DNA from: Delftia acidovorans NBRC 14950
GTDB lineage: Bacteria > Pseudomonadota > Gammaproteobacteria > Burkholderiales > Burkholderiaceae_C
NCBI RefSeq assembly: GCF_001598795.1
Contig: NZ_BCZP01000045.1
Location: forward strand, 1 to 21,459
Reading direction: 5' to 3'
DNA length: 21,459 bases
The translations under genes were made by a program, and so were the position numbers. A model generated the notes under the pieces. That model was given only the letters and a program-made list of their open reading frames with translations, was not told where the DNA came from and ran no database searches. This document shows positions 5,726-14,549 of this stretch, one piece after another (positions within the stretch are counted from its first letter, which is position 1; every line of letters starts with the position of its first letter).

Positions 5726-6963
5726 CAATGCACCCCCGCATAAAAGCATTCCCAGCGATTGACGCGATTGCAGGTAAAGATGAGGCTTACCATCCCGTTA
5801 GCGGGATACTGCGGAAACGGCAGCAGCGCCCCCGTTCCGTCAATTTGCAGTCCTACGTTTCCTGAGAACGTAATTGCTCGGATTGCACCTGCACTGATAA
5901 CGTGTAGCGTCACTTCATCACCATATTGACGGCCGGCAGGCAATATGAATTGGCATGTCGCGTTAATCGTCACGACATGCACACCACCCTGACCAGGATC
6001 AACGATGTAGGAAGGGGTGCTGGCAGGGACGTTTACAGTCACCTGCCGGCCCATGGCCGTCTTGCTGGTAATCACCCGATCCCAGGCACTCCAGGTCGTG
6101 TCCTCCAGCACACGTTGCCATGTGCTGCCCTGGATACGCGACACATAGTCCGGCGTTGTGGAGAGCACTTGGGTAGCCACCTGTTTGGCTCGACCTGTCG
6201 CCCCTGTGGTCTCCACAAGCCAGGATTGGCTCCCGTTGTTGTATTCCTCCGGCGGCCAGTCCGCACCACGCCCAGTGGTGGTGGTCATCAGGGCAAAACC
6301 GACCAGCAACTCGCCCATCAACTTGGACTTGCCCCAAGCCTCTGGCGCCTTCGCGATTACTTCGCTGACACGCGGCGCTTGGTTACCAGTTGCGCCTTGG
6401 GGCACTTCAATCGGCCCAGTAAAGACCCCCCCACCCCTAGGCATGAACGTTGCCGGCAAATCCCCAACGCCAGGCACCCACCTCAGGACATTGCCACCCC
6501 ACCAGAACCAACGGTTGTTGAGATTGGGATCGATGCCTACGTTGATATACATCGCCCCCAGCTTGATGGCCCCGCCCTGGTTGTCAGTGGTCGGCGGGAC
6601 TGTCTTGGGGCCGAGCATGTACTGGTCAACCGCCTGTGCGCTGGCGGCAGCCGATGCCGCAGCGCTTTGCGCCTGATTCTTGAAAGCCTCCGCCGATGAG
6701 GACGCAGCCTGCGCAATCGCTTTCGCAGCCTCGGCCGCTGCAGCGGAATTTGCCGCCTGATTGCGATAGCTCATTGCCGCATCGGCCTGCTCCCGAGCAA
6801 CGATGGCGCAGGTTCGGCAGGCCACAGCAATCTCCCGCATGCGCGACACAGCGGGCGGGACGCTTGTGGCGTAGCTGAATGCCTCCTGGTTGAAATTGGC
6901 GCTGCCGAGCGCGGGATACTGCGAGATGGGCAGCAGGTCTGGGATGTTGACGATGTCGGTCAT
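5725..6963 (-). CDS. Tail fibre / receptor-binding protein, 412 aa
   Basis: ATG 6963 overlaps the upstream TGA (ATGA). It has an N-terminal attachment region and an Ala/Gln/Ser-rich coiled segment (AANSAAAAEAAKAIAQAASSSAEAFKNQAQSAAASAAASAQAV). The motif PPTTDNQGGAIKLGAMYINV..NRWFWWGGNVLRW is typical of proteobacterial phage fibres. The C-terminal domain is distinct. Confidence 0.75.
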   Translation of the reverse strand: MTDIVNIPDLLPISQYPALGSANFNQEAFSYATSVPPAVSRMREIAVACRTCAIVAREQADAAMSYRNQAANSAAAAEAAKAIAQAASSSAEAFKNQAQSAAASAAASAQAVDQYMLGPKTVPPTTDNQGGAIKLGAMYINVGIDPNLNNRWFWWGGNVLRWVPGVGDLPATFMPRGGGVFTGPIEVPQGATGNQAPRVSEVIAKAPEAWGKSKLMGELLVGFALMTTTTGRGADWPPEEYNNGSQSWLVETTGATGRAKQVATQVLSTTPDYVSRIQGSTWQRVLEDTTWSAWDRVITSKTAMGRQVTVNVPASTPSYIVDPGQGGVHVVTINATCQFILPAGRQYGDEVTLHVISAGAIRAITFSGNVGLQIDGTGALLPFPQYPANGMVSLIFTCNRVNRWECFYAGVH

Positions 6964-7910
6964 ACGTTGCCTTTGATTTGCAGGTCCACCTGGGCCGAAG
7001 TCCAATCGGTTGAGCGCACGGTGCCGGTGACCTTGCCCACAGTGGCCAAGTGCCCGTAGCGCGGCAGGTCGCTGACCTCAATGGCCACGGCCTTGCCCAG
7101 GATCTGGTCCAGCAGCGTCTTTGCTGCAGGCGCCTGCACTGCGTCGATGACGCAGCTCAGATTGATGTTGGTGGCCAGCCGCCCCTGCACCTCGGTGTAG
7201 GTTCCGTCCTTGCGGTCATCGACATAGGAGTAGTCGCGCGTGCTGGCCTCGACGCCGTACTGCGCGCCGCCCATGCGCTCGCGGCCAGGCAGCAGGAGCT
7301 GCTTCCAGTTGCCCACGCTGATAAACCCCACGGCCGCCTCCACCCCTGCGTTATTGCGCGCCACGGTGATGGAGATCTCGATGCCCGGATGGATGGGCAG
7401 GTCCTTGAGCACAAAGTAGGTGCCGCGCTGCAGGTCGCCGAAGAGATATTCCCACTCGCCGAATGCCTGCTCCCACAGCTGCGCATTGACAGGCGGCATC
7501 AGGTCCACGCCATCCGCCTTGACGGTGATGGTCAGCTTGTCGGCCTCCAGGCCGTACAGCGCCAGGCCGTTGACGAAACCAGGCCGCAATACATAGGTCA
7601 GCGAGGTGGCCCGGCGAGCTTTGGTGAACAGGTATTTGTCGAACGGCGCCATGCGGCTGGCGGGCGCCCCTTCGTCACGCTCCCAGAAGGTGGCGGCATT
7701 GGGCGTGCCTGGCTCGTATGTGTTGGCGGGCGCGCCCGCCACAGCCTTCACGCATTCGTAGGCGTAGCCCTTCCACACGCGGCGCAGGCCCACGGCAGCA
7801 TCCGAGCCACTGGCCCAGGCCACTTCGCCAACGGTCGCATCGACCTCGGGAATGGTGGTGCCGACCATGAACATTTCCGGCGTGATGGTCTTGGGCACAA
7901 GGATGTTCAT
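6960..7910 (-). CDS. Minor tail / distal tail-tip protein, 316 aa (function from position only)
   Basis: ATG 7910 overlaps the tape-measure TGA (ATGA). The frame is open with a non-shadow amino-acid composition. It sits immediately downstream of the TMP, where distal tail proteins are normally encoded. Confidence 0.6.
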   Translation of the reverse strand: MNILVPKTITPEMFMVGTTIPEVDATVGEVAWASGSDAAVGLRRVWKGYAYECVKAVAGAPANTYEPGTPNAATFWERDEGAPASRMAPFDKYLFTKARRATSLTYVLRPGFVNGLALYGLEADKLTITVKADGVDLMPPVNAQLWEQAFGEWEYLFGDLQRGTYFVLKDLPIHPGIEISITVARNNAGVEAAVGFISVGNWKQLLLPGRERMGGAQYGVEASTRDYSYVDDRKDGTYTEVQGRLATNINLSCVIDAVQAPAAKTLLDQILGKAVAIEVSDLPRYGHLATVGKVTGTVRSTDWTSAQVDLQIKGNV

Positions 7911-10900
7911 GCGATTGCCTTCCCACGCATGGCGTTGCCGCCGTTTGTGACACGGTCGAACTGCTCACCCAGCTCGGGCAATGGCGCCGTGTTGCGCGCA
8001 GTGGCCTCTGCAGGAGCACGCAGGCCCGCTACCTCGCCACGCAGGGCGCTGACCTCGGCCAGCAGCGCGGCAATCAGCGCTGCGCTTTCGGAGCCCTGAC
8101 CGCCCCCGCGCATGGCCTGGCCGAGCTGCTGCTGGTTCCAGTAGCGGGCCGGCCCGGTAGCCTCGACCTCCCAGCCGCGCTCACCCACAACACGCAGGCC
8201 GCCCGCGTGCATACCACCGCTGGCGAATGCGGGGAGCTTGATGCCGGTGATTCGCTCGACTTCAGCCCAGTCCCGGGCATACAGCCCCGACAGCGCTTCC
8301 ATGTCGGACAGCGTGGCGCCAGCACTTTGCATGGCGCGCATGAGCCCGGCCAAGTCGCCCGTGCCGTCATAGGCGTGGTACTTGTCAAACAGACCATCGA
8401 GCTTGTTGACCGTGCCCGGCTCAACAACGGACTCATACCAGGTGCCGCCGGAACCATCGCTGCGAGGCCGCAGGTACTTGGAATCCACGGTGTCAGGCTG
8501 CCCGCCACCACCCGGCCCCCAGACGGCACCACCATCGTTGGCGCCAGCGCCGGGCTTGGTGCCAGGCTTGGTCGCACCGGCGTCCTTGCCCAAGGTGGCC
8601 AGCAGCTTCTCGAAGTAACCCTGCACCGTGCCGGTGAGCATGGTGGTGCCGTTGACCAGCTCGTCGGCGCGCTTGGCCAGGGCATCCAGGCCTTCAATCT
8701 GGGACTGCAGGGCCTTGAGGGACCGTTCCTCGATGTTCAGCTGCGATTCACCCAGATCGCCCAACTCCGCAAACTTGCCCGCCCACACCAGGGCATCACG
8801 GCGGCGCTCGAAGTCGGTGGCGTAGACGCCCCCGGTCAGGCCCGAGCGGGTGGCCTGGATGGCAGAGCCCAGATCGGCATAGTCAGAGACCTTGCGGCCC
8901 GCGCGCACGCCCTGCAAGGCCTCCTCGATGTAGACCATGCCCCGCGCAGCCATCCACTGCGTGGTGCTGTCCACGGTGCCATAGAGATCCGTCGCAGCAC
9001 CCTTCAACTGCCCCACCGCCGCCGTGATGGCTGAGATGGATTCCTCCACGCTGCTCACGCGCTGCTGCAGCAGTTCGCGGTCACGGTTCACGGCACGGCT
9101 GAACAGGTCGTAGGCAGCCGATTGCGCTTCCTTGGCCGCCACCTGGGCAGCGCGCTCGTCCTCGATGGCCCAGATGCGTTCCTGCAGGGCGCGGTTGCTG
9201 GGATCCAGTGCAGCCAGTTCCAGGCGGCGCAGTTCCGCCGTATTGCCCTGCATCTCCAGCAGCTTGCGCTCCAGGTCGGTGCGCTGGTCCACGCGGGCGA
9301 TCTCTTCGCGCAGCGCCTGGTTGTAGTCCCAGGCGGCGCGCTCGGCTTCGCTCATGCCCTCGGTGGCCAGCTTGCGCAGTGCCTCGCGGTACTTGTCGGT
9401 CTGGCCCGTGGCGCGCAGGTACTCGGCTTCCAGCTGCCTGCGGTCGTTCTTGAGCGTGTCCAGCACCTGGCCGGCAGCATCGGCCACGGCGCCGAATTCC
9501 TGAGCCAGCGGAATGAGCTTGGCCAGCAGCTCCACGTCGCCGGCCGCCATGGCGTCCTCGATGAGCTTGCGGAACTTGGCCTTGGCGTCCTGGCCCATTC
9601 GGGGATCAATGTCGATCTTGAGGTCGGCCAGCGCCTTGTCCACCGCCTTGGCCGCGTTCTCGATGCGCTCCCGCTCGCTGTAGAAGCTGGTGTAGAACGC
9701 ATCCATACCGGTGATCAGGTCCTGGATGCCGCCGGCGCTCTTGATGAGCTTGGCAATGGCCTCGTCGCCCAACTTGCCGAAGTTGGTGATGTTGCGGGTC
9801 CAGCCCTCGATGGCGGCGCCCGTCAGCTCCACGGTCTGCAGGGCCGCGTTGAAGCTCTCCAGCGTGATCTCCTCACCCATGTCATCGAAGACATTGCGCA
9901 TCCAGCTGGGGATATCAGCCTTTTTCAGCTGATCGATCAGCGATCCGCCCATGTCGGCAATGAACTGGGCATAGGCCTTGGCGGGGTCCGTGCCAAGCGC
10001 GCCATCGCGCTTGGTGTAGCTGCTCAGGACCTCGCCGGTCACCTTGTCGATCAGCTTGAAGTAGCCGTAGGAATCCTCGTCGCCGTACTTCGGATTGGAG
10101 GCGAAGCCCGCGACGATATCGATCTGCTTGGCACTGTCACCGGCATAGCGCGCGAGACGCTTATAGACATCGGACAACGAATCAACGGTGGTGCCCAGTT
10201 GCTTCTCAAGATCGGCGTTGTGGCGCTTGGTCAGATCGTCATACCAGTCACCGCCAGCACGATCGAACAGCATCTCGGCGGCCTTGTCATTGCCCGCGCC
10301 CGTGGTGCTGTAGGCCGCGCCAACGTGGTTGGCACCGCGCGAACCAAACAGGCCGCCCTTGAGCAGCGAGAAAATGGCGATGGCTCCCGCAATCCAGGGC
10401 ATTGCAGCCCCCAGGCCGCTCATCAAGGAGCCAAAGCTGCTGCCGACACCGGCCCAGCTTCCATTGCCCGCGATCAGGGCGCCAAGGGCATCGCCGCCAG
10501 CCAGGCCCACGGCATTGGCACCAGCAAGGCTGGCAGCCGACGCACCAGGCATAAAGCCCCACATTGCCTGGGCACCTGCACCCAGCGTGCCAAGGTTGTT
10601 CAGCATGCCCATGCCAGCGCCGCCACTCTGGCCAGCCGCAGCAGGTGCGCCAAACAAACTGCCCAGGGCACCGCCAGCAATCTGGACCGTGGCCTGAATC
10701 AGCGGTTTGAAAATGAGCGTGCGCGCCAGATTCTTGAGGTACTGACCGAACGAGAGACCGCCCTGCATCAGCTGGTCGGCCAGGCTCTGGCCGATCTGGT
10801 CCACACCCTTCTGCCATTCCGAGGTGCTGGCCTTGGCAGCTTCTGCCGAGGCTTCGCGTGAGGCCTTCACAGAGGTCAGGCCCAGGCGCTCGCGCAGCAG

Positions 10901-12883
10901 CTCGATTTCCTGCTGGAGCAGCGCGTGCTCCATAGTCATGGTGCCGGTGAGCGCGGCCGAGCGCTCCATCTCGGCCAGCTGCTGCTCCTTGCTCAGGATG
11001 ATGGCCATCTGCCGCTGCTCGATCACCACGCGCTGCTGCTCCGCGCTCAGGCCGATCAGCTCGATCTCATCGCGCAGCGCCTGGTTGCTGGCGGTCAGCT
11101 CCTCGACCGTCTTGCCCTGGGTGGACATCCACTCCTGGCGGTACTTGCGCTCTGCCTCGGCGGCCTTGAGGGCCTGCTGCCGGGCCTCGTTCTCCTTTTC
11201 CAGAACCTTGAGCGTCTTGAGCTTGGCCTCGATGTTGGCGCGCTCGGCCGCGTTCAGGCCCTTGAGCGAGCCCAGCAGGTCCTGCGAAAACTTGAGGCGC
11301 AGCTTGTCGGATTCGCCCAGCTTCTCGCTGCCGGAGATCTCCAGGCGCTGGGCCGCGATCTTCTCTTCGATGGAATCGACCAGGTTGCCATAGGCCGTAT
11401 GCAGCTGCTTGGCTGTGCTGGCACGCGCCTTGGCCGACTCGTCCTCCTTGTAGTTTTCCTTGGCCAGCTTGCTGACCAGCTCGACATAGGCGGACTCGGT
11501 GAGGCGGCCGGCCTGACGCAGCTCGTTGAGCTTCTGCAGCTGTGGCAGGTAGTCTTTGCTGACGCCGTACAGCTTCTGGCGAATCTCCAGCAGCGCCTGC
11601 TCTGCATCCGCATCTTCCTGGGCCTTCTTCGCGGCGGACTCCGCCACGGTCGGCGGATTGACGGAGCCCCGCCCGCCGCCTGCGCCCTTGCTGCTGGTGT
11701 TGAGCATGTCCAGCTCGGCCCGCAGCTTGGCGATCTGGTCCTTGCGCGCCTCGATGGTCTTGGCGATGTTGTCCGCCCCAGCCGTGCGGCCGCCGGCTAC
11801 GGCACGCGCCATGGCCGCCTCCGAACGCTCGTTCTCGACGCGCAAGGTGGCAATCGCGTCCTCGATGCCCGCAGCCGTCTTGGCATACATGTTGACCGCC
11901 GCCACGCCGGCACCGGCAACCACTCCAACGCCCAACAGTGCGAGCGTCACGGGATTCGCTGCGAGCACGGCCGCCAGCGTGACGATGGCCCCCTTGACCA
12001 CACCGATGGCACCGCCCACGGCCACCAGGCCCGCCGCAGCCGCTGCGCCGCCAGCAGCACCGAGGAAGGTCATTACCACACCCTGGTGGTTCTCGACCAT
12101 CTTGCCCAGTCCATCGATGGCATCCGTTACCAGGCGCACGCCCCCGGCGGCCTTCTCCGAAAAACCCGTGCTTTCGTTGATTGTGCGGAACAGTTCGTCC
12201 CAGGAGTCACCCAGGGCAGCAATGGCGCCGTCCAGGGTCTTGGCGCGCTGCTCCATGGCACCACCGAACGCGGTGTTGCCAATGTTCTCCAGGTAGTCGG
12301 TGATGTCCTTGGCCGAGTTCTTCACCCGGGTCGTGACTCCCTGGAAGGTGAACGCCACCATGTCGCCCTGCTTGGACGCCTTGATGCCGAATTCCTTGAG
12401 GCGCTCGAATTCGCCCGTGGCCGCATCCGCCACGGCCTCGATCATCTGCATGAGGCTCTTGCCCATGCCGGCCGCCGTATTGCCGAAACTGGTGAGCTTG
12501 GCCTGGGTGGGATCGAGGCCCAAAGCCTTCATTTTCACGAAAGCCTCGGTGGCCTGGGCCAGCCCATAGGGCGTGTCCTTGGCAAAGGTCTTGATCCAGG
12601 CCATCTCCCGGCCAGCGGCCTGGGCACTGCCCGTGACCGTGACCAACGAGCTGTTGAGCACGTCGAATTCGCGCTGCACGGACACCAGCTTGCCAACGAA
12701 CGCCGTGACGGACACGCCAGCAAACACGCCGCCGAGCAGCGTGCCCAGGCGCCCTAGCGAGCCGGCCATGCCATCGACCATGCCCGTGACAGCGCGCTTG
12801 GACTTCTCGACCTCGGCCTGCAGCTGCGAGCTGTCGCCAGTGATCAGGAACCGCAGGTAGTTGATGTTGCCGGAGCCGATCAT
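7907..12883 (-). CDS. Tail tape measure protein, 1658 aa
   Basis: This is the largest ORF and lies directly after the chaperone pair. It has a TMP-core-like N-terminus, central Gly/Ala hydrophobic stretches, long Ala/Glu/Arg/Gln coiled-coil segments, and a C-terminus ..SGGMHAGGLRVVGERGWEVE.. like the gpH family. By the ~1.5 A per residue rule of thumb, the tail would be roughly 250 nm long. Confidence 0.95.
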   Translation of the reverse strand: MIGSGNINYLRFLITGDSSQLQAEVEKSKRAVTGMVDGMAGSLGRLGTLLGGVFAGVSVTAFVGKLVSVQREFDVLNSSLVTVTGSAQAAGREMAWIKTFAKDTPYGLAQATEAFVKMKALGLDPTQAKLTSFGNTAAGMGKSLMQMIEAVADAATGEFERLKEFGIKASKQGDMVAFTFQGVTTRVKNSAKDITDYLENIGNTAFGGAMEQRAKTLDGAIAALGDSWDELFRTINESTGFSEKAAGGVRLVTDAIDGLGKMVENHQGVVMTFLGAAGGAAAAAGLVAVGGAIGVVKGAIVTLAAVLAANPVTLALLGVGVVAGAGVAAVNMYAKTAAGIEDAIATLRVENERSEAAMARAVAGGRTAGADNIAKTIEARKDQIAKLRAELDMLNTSSKGAGGGRGSVNPPTVAESAAKKAQEDADAEQALLEIRQKLYGVSKDYLPQLQKLNELRQAGRLTESAYVELVSKLAKENYKEDESAKARASTAKQLHTAYGNLVDSIEEKIAAQRLEISGSEKLGESDKLRLKFSQDLLGSLKGLNAAERANIEAKLKTLKVLEKENEARQQALKAAEAERKYRQEWMSTQGKTVEELTASNQALRDEIELIGLSAEQQRVVIEQRQMAIILSKEQQLAEMERSAALTGTMTMEHALLQQEIELLRERLGLTSVKASREASAEAAKASTSEWQKGVDQIGQSLADQLMQGGLSFGQYLKNLARTLIFKPLIQATVQIAGGALGSLFGAPAAAGQSGGAGMGMLNNLGTLGAGAQAMWGFMPGASAASLAGANAVGLAGGDALGALIAGNGSWAGVGSSFGSLMSGLGAAMPWIAGAIAIFSLLKGGLFGSRGANHVGAAYSTTGAGNDKAAEMLFDRAGGDWYDDLTKRHNADLEKQLGTTVDSLSDVYKRLARYAGDSAKQIDIVAGFASNPKYGDEDSYGYFKLIDKVTGEVLSSYTKRDGALGTDPAKAYAQFIADMGGSLIDQLKKADIPSWMRNVFDDMGEEITLESFNAALQTVELTGAAIEGWTRNITNFGKLGDEAIAKLIKSAGGIQDLITGMDAFYTSFYSERERIENAAKAVDKALADLKIDIDPRMGQDAKAKFRKLIEDAMAAGDVELLAKLIPLAQEFGAVADAAGQVLDTLKNDRRQLEAEYLRATGQTDKYREALRKLATEGMSEAERAAWDYNQALREEIARVDQRTDLERKLLEMQGNTAELRRLELAALDPSNRALQERIWAIEDERAAQVAAKEAQSAAYDLFSRAVNRDRELLQQRVSSVEESISAITAAVGQLKGAATDLYGTVDSTTQWMAARGMVYIEEALQGVRAGRKVSDYADLGSAIQATRSGLTGGVYATDFERRRDALVWAGKFAELGDLGESQLNIEERSLKALQSQIEGLDALAKRADELVNGTTMLTGTVQGYFEKLLATLGKDAGATKPGTKPGAGANDGGAVWGPGGGGQPDTVDSKYLRPRSDGSGGTWYESVVEPGTVNKLDGLFDKYHAYDGTGDLAGLMRAMQSAGATLSDMEALSGLYARDWAEVERITGIKLPAFASGGMHAGGLRVVGERGWEVEATGPARYWNQQQLGQAMRGGGQGSESAALIAALLAEVSALRGEVAGLRAPAEATARNTAPLPELGEQFDRVTNGGNAMRGKAIA

Positions 12884-12898
12884 GCAGCCCCCTGCTCG

Positions 12899-13800
12899 TC
12901 ACTTCGGCGCGCGCCGGAAGGAGCGCAGCATTTCACCCAGCCCGCTGGACACGCGCTCGCGCCGCTCCTCGGCTTGCTCAGGCGATTCATCGACACTGCC
13001 GGGTCGAGGGGCGCCAGGGTCTTTGGCAGCGTCCTTGGCGACCAGCCATGAAACGGACAGGTCGCACAGCGTTTTGCCCTCCCAGGGTGTGAGCTGCACG
13101 CCATGAATGGACTGCCAGGCAACCAGTTGCTCGTAGCCGATGGGCGATTCGCCCATGGGCGACTGCAGCGATGGCCCCAGGTCAAAGAACACTTCGAGGA
13201 GATAGCCGGCCGGGCCAGGGTCGGGCAGGTCAGGCTCACGGCCTTCTGCCTTGAATTCCTCGATGCGTGTGATCCTGGGTTCGTCATGTTGCGGCTGGGT
13301 CTTTTTTCCGGTCTTGGGCTTGAGCGGGGCGTTGAGCCACGCCCATGTGCGCACGTAGAGGCTCAGTCCTTCGGCGCACTCTTGGAAAAATTTGCCCAGT
13401 CCGCCGCAAAGGCGTTGACCTGGTCAGCCACCCAGCCGGCAGCTGGGTCCGCATACAGGGCCTGCATCCCCTCACGCACTGGGCGGCCCTCCAGGTCCAG
13501 GCCTTCGACTGAGTGCGTGATGTCGGCCAACAGCGCTGCCGTGTCGGCGGTACGCTCCTCGGGCGTGCGCTCTTCCAGCGCGCGGCGGCTCTTTTTGACC
13601 AGCGCCATGACGCGGCGTTGGGCGCCCAGTTGGGCCTTGCGGTAGGGCTCCGAGCCGGGGCCGTACACATGGATCAGCACGGGCTGCTCCACAGCCCCAG
13701 CGCCTTTGGTGGGGTCCTTGAAGTACAGGAGTTCGCCGGCGGCATCCTTCAGATGCAGGGCAGCGGTGTCGGCAACGCGGAGTTGGGAAAGCTTGAGCAT
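12899..13800 (-). CDS. Tail assembly chaperone -1 frameshift fusion product (gpGT analogue, ~300 aa; joins the 13363..13800 frame to the 12899..13393 frame)
   Basis: The downstream frame (track ORF 12899..13354, GTG start) is open upstream as far as the stop at 13472..13474, so it covers the slippery heptamer at 13387..13393. After a -1 slip the reading is ..N F F Q E C A E G L S L Y V R T W A W L N.., running straight into the track ORF. This is the canonical position between the major tail and tape measure genes. Confidence 0.6.
13363..13800 (-). CDS. Tail assembly chaperone (gpG analogue), 145 aa
   Basis: It starts at ATG 13800 (MLKLSQLRVADTAALHLKD..). The track start at 13956 would overlap the major tail gene. 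It is acidic and lies between the major tail protein and the tape measure. Confidence 0.75.
   Translation of the reverse strand: MLKLSQLRVADTAALHLKDAAGELLYFKDPTKGAGAVEQPVLIHVYGPGSEPYRKAQLGAQRRVMALVKKSRRALEERTPEERTADTAALLADITHSVEGLDLEGRPVREGMQALYADPAAGWVADQVNAFAADWANFSKSAPKD
13387..13393 (-). promoter_or_regulatory. -1 programmed ribosomal frameshift slippery heptamer A_AAT_TTT
   Basis: The reverse strand reads GCA AAT TTT TCC in the zero frame of 13363..13800 (W A N F S K S A P K D *). This fits X_XXY_YYZ in the correct phase, 8 codons before the stop. Confidence 0.6.
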
Positions 13801-13837
13801 GGTGGTGGCGATGAAAGAAAGACAGAAGGGCATGCCA

Positions 13838-13853
13838 CCCGGCTGCAGCCGGG
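13838..13853 (-). terminator. GC-rich palindrome CCCGGCTGCAGCCGGG after the major tail gene (possible partial terminator or attenuator)
   Basis: It is a perfect 16-nt palindrome (6-bp stem, 4-nt loop) starting 15 nt after the TAA of 13869..14537. It is followed, not immediately, by a pyrimidine-rich tract CCCTTCTGTCTTTCTTTC. There is no tight U-run, so at best it is a leaky terminator. Confidence 0.3.
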
Positions 13854-13868
13854 CAAGGCGGCGGCGAA

Positions 13869-14537
13869 TTACTCGGGGATGAAGCTGGCCTGCACAGCCA
13901 CGTTGGCGAGCACGTTGGCATCGGAGCGCGGGTTTTCCGTGCTGTTGTCGCTCCACTTCTCGAAGTCGAAGCCGGCGGCGGCCTGCGCGAACACGGGCTT
14001 GCCCGTGGCGCCCTGCAGCACGGTCTGGCTTGCAACGCCCACGATGGAGCCATTGGCGCCGGCCGTGTAGGCCAGGGTGAACGAGATGGCCGGGACTTCG
14101 ATGATGTCGTTGTCGATTTCCAGCTGTGCCGTGTGCGCCGTGATGGAATCAACGCTGCCCACGTTGAGCTTGAAGCTCATGCACTGCGCCGTGAAGTAGT
14201 GGCTGGAACCGTCCTGCAGCCGGATGCAGTAGCTGTAGCTGTCGTCGGACATGGAGGCGGCCTTCAGCAGAACCTGGCCCTCGTCGTTCATGTCGCGGGC
14301 CATGGGCACGGACAGGCTGCCATCGTTGAAGCTGCCTTTGCGCTTGACGATGCGGCGGGTTGCCAGGGGCGAATGCGTGGCCTGGTTGTATTCCCGGCCC
14401 AGTTCGGCCAGGTCGGTGATCTCAGCGATCTCTTTGAAGGCCAGGGCCTGGAAGCCGGCCGCATCGTAGGATGCTGGCCGGGCGGCGCAGATCAGCAGCT
14501 TGCTGCCGGCCGAGGTACGAACGTTTTGGACTGCCAT
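13869..14537 (-). CDS. Major tail (tube) protein with C-terminal InlB-B-repeat/Flg_new-like domain, 222 aa
   Basis: ATG 14537 lies 6 nt downstream of AAGGAAA. It occupies the position upstream of the chaperones. The N-terminal ~150 aa looks tube-like. The C-terminus FTLAYTAGANGSIVGVASQTVLQGATGKPVFAQAAAGFDFEKWSDNSTENPRSDANVLANVAVQASF matches the YTAG.NGSI.G...QTV..G.....A....G+.F..WSD.S..NPR.D.NV.AN..V.A.F repeat pattern. Confidence 0.8.
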   Translation of the reverse strand: MAVQNVRTSAGSKLLICAARPASYDAAGFQALAFKEIAEITDLAELGREYNQATHSPLATRRIVKRKGSFNDGSLSVPMARDMNDEGQVLLKAASMSDDSYSYCIRLQDGSSHYFTAQCMSFKLNVGSVDSITAHTAQLEIDNDIIEVPAISFTLAYTAGANGSIVGVASQTVLQGATGKPVFAQAAAGFDFEKWSDNSTENPRSDANVLANVAVQASFIPE

Positions 14538-14549
14538 GGTCGTTTCCTT

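Noticed and set aside
5725-6200. Diversity-generating retroelement targeting the fibre C-terminus
   Set aside because: There is no reverse-transcriptase ORF in the window, and I could not see a template or variable repeat pair by eye. I cannot exclude one outside the window.
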